A stretch of DNA of 61,999 nt, counting the filler, from Choristocarpus tenellus KU-1152 (Eukaryota > Protista > Phaeophyceae), in NCBI GenBank assembly GCA_964200185.2. It is 11 parts of 11 records of this genome, joined end to end, with 100 filler letters (N's around TTAATTAATTAA, not from the genome) between each part and the next. Parts side by side here need not be neighbours in the genome. Positions count along the whole stretch, not along the records: positions 50,639 to 54,150 come from CAXNAD020019532.1; positions 54,251 to 57,127 come from CAXNAD020023992.1; positions 57,228 to 61,999 come from CAXNAD020013115.1; 8 more parts are not named here. The stretch is one strand, 5' to 3'. Both the position numbers and the translations under genes were made by a program. Within the stretch, counting starts at the first letter, position 1. Each line of letters opens with the position of its first letter. Under the pieces are notes generated by a model. That model was given only the letters and a program-made list of their open reading frames with translations, searched no databases and had not been told where the DNA came from. Positions 51,700 through 61,999 of this stretch are shown in pieces.

Positions 51700-53900
51700 C
51701 CTCACTACTACCCACCTCATCAGCTTGGATTGTTGCAATTCTTCCTGTGCCAATACGAGCTCTGCCCCGACCTCCTTCAACTGATGCTGGAGGCACTCAT
51801 TCTGTTCTCTAAGCAGTGTGTTTTCTACCTCCACTTCCTCCAGCCTTTCTGCTGCCTCCTTCAGCGATTTGTTTTCCGCTAGGAGGATATGCATGTTCCG
51901 GTTCTCCAACTGAAGTAGACACACTTCCTTCCTCAGCTCTGTAAGCTCCCTTGGCTCTCCCTCCCTGGCGCCTGCACAACCAATAGAAAATCCAGACCTA
52001 CCTTCTCTGTTGCTGCTACTGATAAGGCTCTGAGTATTGCGAGTTGGTGGGCTGCATTTATCGTACAATTTCTTCCCTTGACTATAGAGAGTATGGCATT
52101 CCCTCTCACCCTGAAGAACCTCAACCAGCTTGAGAAGCTTCCTGTATGGAGTTGGAGGATGTGGGTTTGAGGTTGGGACTTAATTGAGTTAAGTGGGTAA
52201 GTATCTTGTGAGGTGAGGACTGAAGAATCTGATGGGAGAAGGATGGGTGGTTGTACTGGGGGATGAATTGAGCTTTCTGCAATCAAAACAATTTTTGTCT
52301 ACTGTTCCACCAATTGAGTGTCTTCTCTCTCCATCCTCCCACCTTTCTGATTCAGTGGTCAAAACAATGTCCCTTTTCTCATAATAAATACCCTTCATTC
52401 AAATATATATAGTGTACTTTTCTTGGCTACTACATTGTAGTTGACACAAGCACAAGGGCATCAATACCCTATCCCTAACCCTACCACCCCACCTAATTGT
52501 TGTACGTGGGTCTGAAGGGTCAAGGCCAGTGGCAGTCACTCTGCGCAAAGGGGGTGGGGGCAATTTTTTTTGCCCCTCCTGTTCCTTCTCGCTCCTTGGC
52601 CCTAATCTTGGCTCTGGCAACACTTCATATCCCTGCCCTGTTGCTTTCACCCCTCCGCAAGAAATGCTCTCTTGAGAACTGCATGTTTGGATGCCGTTCA
52701 CACTCTTCATGTAGTTGTTATCCCCGAAATAGGGACCCTCTTCCAGGGAGCTGCTGGATCCCAGAGGTGACTCTACAGCATCATACCCAGGGCAACTGAC
52801 CTCATCAGGCTGCTGGATTGCTTTGGTGCTTGCTGTCTGGCTATCTTTGGCTAGAAGTTGGGATACAAAATTGAGATGTGAAGCAGCAGGGATGATAATA
52901 TGAAGTTGTGCCAAAGTTTACTTTTCAGACTACTGCAAGTTGTTTATCTAAGTGCTCACTCTCAAAGAGAACAGTGAGGTGCATATCCTGGAGGATCAAG
53001 AAAAAGTGATATCCAAATGGGAGAATGAGTATTTTGTAGAGTGAAATGCAAAAGAAATGCTTCACTGCCCCTCTCTATCTCTGACGGAGAGTGACTATGA
53101 CGAAGTGATGCTTAACTTGCTTTGTCCTGGAACACCATTGATATAGAGTTGAGAGTGAAAGTATCTTAGGGTTAGGGTACGAGTTATGCCCTGTTTGTCC
53201 GTTTGGGGCTTGGCTTCCCATGTTTTTTTTTAACGATATTTTCCTACTCCAAAATGTTTTGGAGTAGGTAAAGTGTATAGGTTATTAAAAGATGCGTCGG
53301 AACAAGGGTATTGACACTTCCTAACAAACACGATAGCCAAAATTACACCAAAATCGCACCATTGGATTTTGGCCCCCATATGGACGTGGCTCTACCCTCT
53401 AAGATACTTTGGCTCTTGTGGCCCATCCATTCATGTACCTGATGTTAGATGTGCTTAAACAGTTCCCTCTGACCCCCAAGCTGCTTGATTCTCATCCCCC
53501 TAACCTAGTTCATTGCAATCTCTTACTACTTCTACAAGCTTAGAGCAAAACTCTTGTGTGTTTGTTGGCAATAAGTATTTTCAGGTACATCGATCTGACT
53601 TTCCCATCTTGCCAACGCCACCCTATTCACACTCTCCTGTTTCCCTTCTCCTACCTGTTCTTCCTTCTTCATCGTAGCCTTCTGTTTGTCTTTTAATTGG
53701 TGTTGCTTCCAACTCTTTTGCACGTTCGCTTGATGTTGCATTTTCACGGAGCCGCGCAACAAATCCATTCCCCTCCAGGGTCTGCAATGGAGATGGCATA
53801 TTTTTTGCTATCCCTCCTCTTGAAGATTCACCCTCCCCCACCCTAAGCTCCTCTCCCGAAACCTGATCAGATAAGACCCTGAGCTGAAGTGCACTCAATG
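51700..53900 (-). CDS. Fragmentary coiled-coil / low-complexity protein (coding blocks near 53900-53625, 52890-52493, 52070-51715); exact structure unresolved
   Basis: Heptad-rich frame ELTELRKEVCLLQLENRNMHILLAENKSLKEAAERLEEVEVENTLLREQNECLQHQL; neighbouring S/E-rich open frames with plausible splice donors. Confidence 0.5.
53153..53415. mobile_element. MITE family A, copy A6 (TTAGGG insertion in left TIR)
   Basis: GAGTGAAAGTATCTTAGGGTTAGGGTACGAG ... TACCCTCTAAGATACTTTGGCTC; flanks TTGA/TTGT. Confidence 0.88.
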
Positions 53901-54274
53901 CTTCCCGGGGTGAATAGTGTGGATCTGCTAGGGCACTCTCAGCCAGGTAGCACAGTAGCTGGTGGCAAAAGGGCCAGATGTAGATAATGGGTAATGCGTA
54001 AAGGATGGTGATGAAGCTGAAGGGGTCTCAATTATTGGGCCAAGGGAAAGGGTGAGCCGTGAAAACACTATTTGTGCGAGGCTCAAAGTATCTGGGAGGG
54101 GGTGGCGGATGTTCATTTGGGGTCAATTTTTTCATGTCGCGATTTTTGGGNNNNNNNNNNNNNNNNNNNNNNNNNNNNNNNNNNNNNNNNNNNNTTAATT
54201 AATTAANNNNNNNNNNNNNNNNNNNNNNNNNNNNNNNNNNNNNNNNNNNNTTTTGTTTGTTTCTTTGTTTTTTT

Positions 54275-54305
<31 letters not shown>

Positions 54306-54584
54306 GTTTTGCGGCGTTTCCATTCCTCCAGGTGCAAACAACTGTCAACTGTCAACTGTCTCGTCCTCTTGCTTTTCTTAGTCATTATTCACCATCCTGG
54401 GACCCCTTCCTTGGGAAGTGAATAGCTCTTGATTGGTCTTGATTGGCTTTGAGTAACAAAAAACAAAAAAAGAAGCTGCTCGTCTACTTCCCTTCTTCCC
54501 CCTGACTGCCAATTATGATCTTTCTGTAGAGTCTAGTCCTTCTTTGAGCTAGAAAAATCCGCGATAGATACATCTTGTAAAAAG

Positions 54585-54750
54585 ACTACTACTACCACCA
54601 TCACTACCACCACCACCACTACTACTACCACCACTACCACTACTATTACTACTCTACACAACAATACTATTACTACTACTGGTACTACTACTGCCACCAC
54701 TACCACTACCACCACCACCACTACTACTACTACTACTGGTACTACTACTA
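54585..54750. repeat. (ACT/ACC)n trinucleotide microsatellite
   Basis: Mixed ACT/ACC run; explains the poly-Val ORF 54533-54787. Confidence 0.9.
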
Positions 54751-55249
54751 TTATGCCATTTTTATGTGGATGCCAACAGCTGAACATTTAGAGATATAGG
54801 GGTCAAGTGTTACATTGACTTGAGGCTTAAGTCATACGCTTTCTCCAGACTACATAATCAGAAACAAATGCCGATCTATAGGATGAGATGATTTAAATTT
54901 AAATTTAAATTGGAGCTGTACAATCGAAATATATATATTTTTCCAAAATGAAAAGAAAAATGCCTAGCAAGAGAGCGAGATAAGAATATTTGATTATCAC
55001 CTTTCCTCCGTAATACCTGCCAATACTAGGGTTAGGGTTTGAGGTAGATTTACGCCTTCCATCAAAGCAAAAATAAAGAAGAAAGAAAGACATTTGGATA
55101 ATATTACCACTTCAACCTAGAAAAAAAACAACTCTTGTGCAATGGTTTGTCCGTTGAACCACTGACTTGACTGACGGATGCTTTTATCATTGCATATCTC
55201 TACAATTCAACCCTTGGCCCAACAGAAGTAGGCAGTCAGTCTCGCTCAC

Positions 55250-55496
55250 GCTGTGGATGATGAGTACTCCCACGAGGTAGAAGGCTATGAAGAACCAACG
55301 ATGCATTCGATTGTTGTCCATGCCCACAACAACAGCCTCCACAAAGACTGTCCTGCACACATGCGTATATGCATGTTTGGTGATGTGGGGAGGTTGGAGT
55401 GAGGAGTGCGTGATTGTGGTAAGGGTTGACAGAGATGGGCGGGTTGGGGGGGGGAGCAGAAGAAGACATGGTGTATCATGCAAGGCAGAGCGAACA

Positions 55497-55527
<31 letters not shown>

Positions 55528-56695
55528 AAAAAATAAAAAAAAAAAAAAAAAAAATTTCTTNNNNNNNNNNTGAGTGGGGTGGGGGGGGAGGGGGGGGGGA
55601 CAGAAAAAAAGATGGGGTTTTTTGTGAGGCATGGCTACCCCCCCCCCCCCCCCAGATTTAAATAATAAAAAATAGGTTTGAAAAGTTAAATTTCAGATCG
55701 TCATGTAACGAAAAAAAAGAGGTAACTGTATGTTAAAAATAAATAAATCGCTTACAGAAACAAAATTAAAAATGAACAAGAATTGATCGTGTCACCCATA
55801 GCACTCCACGCTTCTCACTCCATCATAAGGAAGACAAGCACGACCCTAACCCTAACCCTAACCCATCATCGAGTATATACCCTATATCCTATGGATATCC
55901 TATGGCATGCCACACAACGCAGGGCATAGTCGTGGGGCACAGACACAGCAGTGCTTACGAAAGTCTGGTGTTGCTTTACGAAAAGAAGTAGGGGATGATG
56001 AACTCATCAACAATATGCACGCCTCCTTTTCTGACTAAATTGGCAAAATAATTAAAATTTCCTCCCCCCAAAGCATGTGGGGAAGTCTCTAAAAACAGTT
56101 TCAAAAACCTTTGGCGAAAAAAAAAGTGCTACAAACAATATTATTATTATTATTCCTCAAAACGTCATGTTGGACCAAAAGCAGTCCCAAATGAAACTTC
56201 GCCTCTGCCGATCTATTTGCCCAAGCCTAGCCCTATCTTCATGCCATACGCCACCTTGACTCTGAACTAACACCAAAAATGTTCATCCATATCGCAGTCT
56301 AAACCCAATAACTGTTACATTTACCCCTGAACCTGAAACACTTCAATCCAATGTCTGCCCGTAACAATCATTCTGTAAAAGCCGACCCTTGTCAACACAA
56401 GCACCAGACAACAATTAAAAAAAAAATGTACACACAACCCCACCGTCATCAATGTAGACTAACCTCCATTTCTAATCCTCAAAACACTCAGAATCAAAGA
56501 AAAAATCAAAATCACACAACACAAAACCCAATAACCATAACATTTTTTTAAAAAAGCTTCTCAAATACAATATCATTCTTGCTACTACTACTATTATTAT
56601 TATTTTTCTTATTATGTTTTTTTTTATTTTTCCTAGTACTCACCAGTTGTTGACGACAATGAGACAGAAGAGGAGCGCCATGCCAGACGCCATAT
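55250..56695 (-). CDS. Two-pore channel (TPC)-like cation channel, domain II pore and S6; exons 56695-56644 and 55352-55250
   Basis: CAG|..DMASGMALLFCLIVVNNW (split codon TG|G) TVFVEAVVVGMDNNRMHRWFFIAFYLVGVLIIHS|GTGAG; matches the TPC pore helix / VNNW / S6 pattern. Confidence 0.8.
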
Positions 56696-57056
56696 CTGCA
56701 AAAAAACCCCAGTAAAAAACATTGAAAAAGAAAACTCTTCAAGTACACATTTTCAAGAACATTTAGGTATATTATACACTCTGCACCACTGCACCCTTGA
56801 TAGAACAAAAAAAAATACCATGGTTTAAATCATCGCTGTTATAAAATATAAAAACTGTCCTGGATGGTCCGGTCCTTACAGTGTCCACAAAATGTGAAAA
56901 CCCGCATGCAGGTGAGGAAGACACCAGGTACCCAAGTACTTACAGCCAGCAGAACTTCTCACAATAGGGACTTTAGACTGTTTCAACAATGCCAATTAAA
57001 CAGAAAAGCCTTCAAAACACTGTGCTGAGGGTAACCAGCGTGGATCAACACCCCAA

Positions 57057-57120
<64 letters not shown>

Positions 57121-58584
57121 CACACCCNNNNNNNNNNNNNNNNNNNNNNNNNNNNNNNNNNNNNNNNNNNNTTAATTAATTAANNNNNNNNNNNNNNNNN
57201 NNNNNNNNNNNNNNNNNNNNNNNNNNNAGTAAACCCCTGAGCTACCGAGCAGATAGTCAGCATAGTCAGGCTGACTATCTGCTCGGTAGCTCAGGGGTTT
57301 ACTGGTGTTTCAACGTTGCACCTTTTTCTCGCTAGGATTCGTCAACAGAAGTTGAGAATACCAATTGATTCAGTTCAGTAAATATAGCCCTATATTGCTA
57401 TCACTTGAAGTGTCAATTTTTGCAATGACTAGATCAGGTAGCGATCGGGATGCTAGCATTTGCTTGTTGTATCCTCCTCTCGGAATTTTCAACACTTTGA
57501 GCTCTCTGTAGTACATATGTGTAGGGCTTCAAAATGTGTGTGCATCTTTCAACACTTCACTCTGAAGTGTGCTCTTTGGCGGTCTTTAGGTGTTTCACCA
57601 GGGACATTACTGTGTTTGCCATATCTCCTGTTTTTACTTTTCTTTCAGCATTTTTAACCAGTATGTACGAAGCAGCATTCAATTAGCACCAGGTATTGAC
57701 ATACACCAAAGCTTGTATATGTTTCTAGAGTTGATGACACAGAAGCTACACTTCTCCGGTGTAATGGAGACGGACTCTCTTGACTTTTGGTTATTTTAGC
57801 ATGATTTCTTCGATTTAACCACTTAGTAACTCTAACATTCAACCACAAACTTTTTCAAGACGATATTCATCTAGCTAGACCAGATTTTACCTAGTACATC
57901 CTCTGAAGAAGTAATATCTGCAGACAGGAAACCTGCAGGAACATATTCATGCATACACATGTGCATGTATGCATGCATGGTGCACAGAGCAAACATGAGT
58001 GTTCATCGATTTTCACAAGCTTCATACACCGAATTACCAGAGTATGTGGCATCTACCTCGTGATTAGTCTTTGTTCGAACCATGTTGTACTTGTTGCCCT
58101 TGCCTCTCTGGGGACATTGGATTTCATCTATTTGATGAAGAAACACTGGAGAGTATTGCTGCACTACATAGTGTGTACCTACTTTCTTTGGCTCTTCTGA
58201 AACCCCTGCAATTGTGATGGTGTGCTCTCAAATAGTTCCTCAGGCAAAGACCTTCCTATTTACAGACATATTCAGCACATACAGTTGTTTATAGTACATT
58301 TACGTTGTCCCCACACCTTTGGCATGAAAATCAAATTATTTTGTAATTAAATCATTTCTTGTGGTTGGCATGTTATGCATAGATGAGGTACTTCTTGGAC
58401 ACCAATTTGGATGACATGTCAACTGCCAAGGCAAGGAGGCGGTTCTTCAGAAAGCACTGGTGGTCAGTTGAAGAGGTGGATCTGGTGAGAAGCCAAGGGC
58501 AACCGATTTTCAAATGTTGTGTGATCAATCTTGTTGCTGTGAACCAAAGTATGACTTTTTCTTTCTCACCCCTCCCAAACATCA

Positions 58585-58766
58585 GACCCAAAGTATCTGG
58601 GGGGCGGGGGCGGTCTACACCAGGGTGTCCATTTGGGCCAAAATCAGGAAAAGTGCATTTAAACTATCCATCCGACGTATGCAACCAAATCACCTAAAAA
58701 TCACGACATGAAAAAATTGTCCCCAAATGGACAGTTGCCACCCCCCCCCCCCAGATACTTTGAGCC
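58585..58766. mobile_element. MITE family B, full copy (reverse orientation), TSD ATCA
   Basis: GACCCAAAGTATCTGGGG ... CCCCAGATACTTTGAGCC flanked by ATCA/ATCA. Confidence 0.92.
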
Positions 58767-60182
58767 ATCAACATGGATTGTTTTTCTGGTGTAATACCAA
58801 AGTGCAACACAAGTTTTTGGTCTGCACCAACTCCTAGCACAGGTTCATTTTGTGTTTAGGACTGGACCTCTCTTCATTTTTTGTTTTGTGTGTTTCTCAG
58901 TTCTTGGTGTAACTCTGCACGCGTATGGAGGGTGACCCCCAAATGTATTTTTGAGGCCTACTGGTGTATTTTACTGTCAGTATATTTTCATAAATACTCC
59001 CCAATAATGCCAACGAGTTTGATTTAATATTAATTCTGTTGTTGCTTCTGGTACAGTTGGACCAACACAGAGGAGTACACCATGAAAAAATGGAATATTG
59101 GTAAGGGAAATGTACGGTGCTAATCCCCCTTAAACAGTGGGCATCTGATGCAGAGAAACGGGGTAGTTATTGGAAAACGGCAGGAACGACATATAGTTTT
59201 ACACAACTAGCATAGAGGAAAGACCATTGAGTGGAATGCGGATACCCTGTCAAAGGAGAGAATTGGATGCATCACGAGCAATACTGAAACATGGAGAATG
59301 TGTTCATTTGAGCTGAGGTAGAGATAAAGCTGTCAGCAGCTCTTTCTGATGTAGAAGCAGTGGCTAGGGAGGCTGCTTGAGCTAACGTAGAGAGGAGAAT
59401 GGTAGCTGATTCGGTTTTGACAGTGAGGCAAGCTAATCTTGTTGGAGTTCAGAGAAGGGAAGAACCCCTAGGTGATGTAGAAGCATCGCCAAGTCAAAAC
59501 GCCCCAGGAGAGGTGGAGATGAGGAGGGTTGTTACTCTAGCAATGCAGAAGGAGCAGCAAGAAAAACTGGTAATGTTAGGGATACTATCAACAACGGTCA
59601 GGCAGTCAGCCAACCTCAAGGTTTATGTTGTGGTCCCTATTGCATGTACACAAGTAACCTGAACACAAGAGTTTGTAAACAGTGCTCCAATTTGCTATAC
59701 CCAAGAAACCTATGCTTGTAGATAAGGATGACTTATGTTTAAAGAGCACTTGACTCCACGAAAAAGTCACGGAAGAAAATTCTGATGCGCACAAGGGGAT
59801 AGGTGGAGGGACTGGAGTGCAATCACAGAAACTAGTGGATTCCAGAGGAATTTCTCTATACTTCAGGCTTTGTCTGGACAAGCTTGAATGTTTAGGTAAC
59901 TCACGATCTGTAATTATTTCTTTCACACATCGATCAACTTGGATATGAAACCCCCTTGTAGTAAAATTCCGCTCACCAAGGAGCCCATTGACAAGATCAA
60001 GGGTGTAAGATTTCCAGTGCTTCACTTGGAAACAAAACAACAGTGTGTGCCCACCAATACCTGTTTGCCTTTCCAGTCAATACATCAAAAATAGCGCCAA
60101 GGAATTTTTTGTCATCAGTTACTCCATTCTTATGTCACCCTTGTTTCCTTGCCTTCTACATGGTGTCTGTATGCACGGCTAG

Positions 60183-60637
60183 GGTGTGAGAAGGGGTGAG
60201 ATCACCCCAGAGTACCAGGCTCAGCCGTCAGCTGCCCTCCGAGTTCTCAGGATTTTGAGAGGGCCTCTCCGTTTCATTGTTGTTCTAAGGGAGCCCGTTG
60301 CCAGGGCCTACAGCTTCTATCAGATGCAGAAGCGATTAGGAAATCCAAAAGAGAAGATAAAAGAGACATTTGAGCTCACAATTGAGAAGGAGTACATATT
60401 GCTGCAAGAGTGTATAGCAACAGCAAGGTTGGGGAAGAGTGAGCCATGGGAGGCAGGAACTGGGGCAAAGGAAGATGATGCAGTGGAGGAGGAAGGCAGA
60501 GGGGAAAACGAAGGGGGAGGAGTTGGAGTACAGGGGAAAGGGATCATGGGTTCAAGACATACATTAGGGGCTGAACTTGAGGCACAATGGGAAGGAGTGG
60601 AGGATATGAGCTGGTACCGAGATTGTTACCTCCCCAG
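60183..60637 (+). CDS. Sulfotransferase exon (Sulfotransfer_1, heparan-sulfate 3-O/N-sulfotransferase-like)
   Basis: GEITPEY..., FIVVLREPVARAYSFY (3'-phosphate-binding motif), TFE..IE.E; bounded by TAG| and |GTGAG. Other exons not identified. Confidence 0.8.
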
Positions 60638-61176
60638 GTGAGACTGGAGGACCGAAAGGATGGATAGCACCATGCCACAAGTTGAAATAAAGGAGGCATT
60701 GGAGGAGGAACAGGGTTCCAATTTATCAATGGCTGTATTTGTATTTTGGGGAATGCTGATGATATCATGGAGTGGATGCTGGGGGCATCATATATTGGGG
60801 AGGTGGTTAAATCTTGTTTAAATTCAAACACCACATTATTGCTAACCCCACATTTTGCAAACAAGAGACATCTACCAGACCCCACACACATATGTTTGTC
60901 TCATACTTTATTCTTTTTTGTTCTTACTAAATACAGTCATGTCTAGATTCAAGTGAAGAGATCCTTTGCCTTTATACTCAACCCCGGCAACCCTCCAGCC
61001 ACAATTTTTCGATAAAATTTATTCCCCATACCCAATTCTTCTCTGTGCTTACTCTGTATTGACCGATTTGCATAGTTAAGTGGAAAATCACAAGCAGAAA
61101 TGTGCCAGTGATGAGGCAACTGGACACAAATATGGTGGACCATTGGGTCCCTATGCTATCCGAAATATTGTTCAAA

Positions 61177-61433
61177 GAGTGAAAGTATCTTAGAGGGTAC
61201 GAGTTTTTCCCTGTTTGTCCTTTGGTGCCTTCGCTTTCCCTCGGGGTTTCTATGACATTTTTCTACTCCAAAATAGTTCGGAGTAGGTAAAATGTATGTT
61301 ACGAAAACGTGTGTCCAGAACAAGGACATTGACACTTCCTAACAAACACGATAGCCGAAATTACATCAAAATCGCAACATTGGATTTTGGTCCCCAAATG
61401 GACGCGGCTCTACCCTCTAAGATACTTTGACTC
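61177..61433. mobile_element. MITE family A, copy A7, TSD CAAA
   Basis: Near-perfect 23-bp TIRs flanked by CAAA/CAAA. Confidence 0.92.
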
Positions 61434-61999
61434 CAAACCCAATACTCTTGAATTGGAGGAGTTGGCGGGGACTTGAAATTACACCTGATATTTAAGCTCA
61501 CCCCTGGAAAGAAATTACCATTAATATCAAAATATGAAACTTACGCATTAATTGTACCTAATGCTCTCAGAGTAATGTGGAATACAAGTGGATTCATATA
61601 ATTGGGTGGGATCTCACACCACAGTTGCACTCAGCTGTCTTGCTTCTACCTCCATCCCCTTCATAATGAAAATCTTTGCCACCTTCCAATATGCAAACTG
61701 TTCTCCTCTCCTTGCCATTACGCCCACTTCCTGATGAACCCACCTATTGTCCATACCCCACTATTCTGTTCTCAATCCTAATGCTGCCACTCTGCAACCC
61801 ATGTGTATCATAGGTACAAGGATGAGGGATCTGCAAAGCCAGGGACCGGCTCAGTCGGTCCTCTTGGGTATGGTTTTTACTTCTTTCACCTCTACCATTG
61901 GTTTCAGGTGTAGGGGTTGGGGGGGAGGAGGGGCAGGGGAAAGTACCATTGCTCCTGTTATGCTAAAAATCTACTGTTCTTTCTTGTTCTCGGCCAAAT

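Noticed and set aside
5963-57227. Recurrent TTAATTAATTAA palindrome, and apparent gene neighbourhoods across it
   Set aside because: An artificial six-frame-stop linker between concatenated contigs; no cluster or synteny inference is valid across it.
57228-57303. Perfect 34-bp inverted repeat with an 8-nt loop
   Set aside because: It starts at the first base of a contig, the arms are 100% identical and the loop re-copies the arm end: typical of a fold-back library or assembly artefact. Raw reads are needed to rescue it.
58383-59662. Exon-like blocks upstream of the sulfotransferase exon
   Set aside because: No 5'-PSB motif and there are in-frame stops; they cannot be linked to the sulfotransferase from sequence alone.

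Overview
Eukaryotic, intron-rich, repeat-rich DNA. It is most likely a stramenopile and probably a brown alga (inference from GT-AG multi-exon genes, 42-aa HP-type TPRs, TTAGGG repeats and a sulfotransferase). It is not one locus: 11 contigs are joined by artificial 100-nt linkers (44N-TTAATTAATTAA-44N), so adjacency across linkers means nothing. Host genes rebuilt by hand from splice sites and codon phase: the 3' part of a TPR-array gene, a PH-domain AGC kinase, an ADF/cofilin-domain gene, two pore/S6 exons of a two-pore channel (TPC) with a VNN filter, a sulfotransferase exon, and several coiled-coil or low-complexity genes. Mobile DNA: Copia, Gypsy and CRE-like non-LTR reverse transcriptase (RT) relics; a multi-exon Sola/DUF7869-like DDD transposase pseudogene; two related miniature inverted-repeat transposon (MITE) families (16 copies or fragments, shared terminal motifs, 4-bp target-site duplications, TSDs); a 790-bp foldback element; and a small hairpin repeat family. 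The two most notable signals are (1) TTAGGG repeats written into two MITE copies whose sister copies show the ancestral state, plus about 16 short interstitial telomeric tracts, suggesting frequent telomerase-type patching of internal breaks, and (2) a candidate Sola-like transposase/MITE system. All calls were made by eye; no database searches were run.
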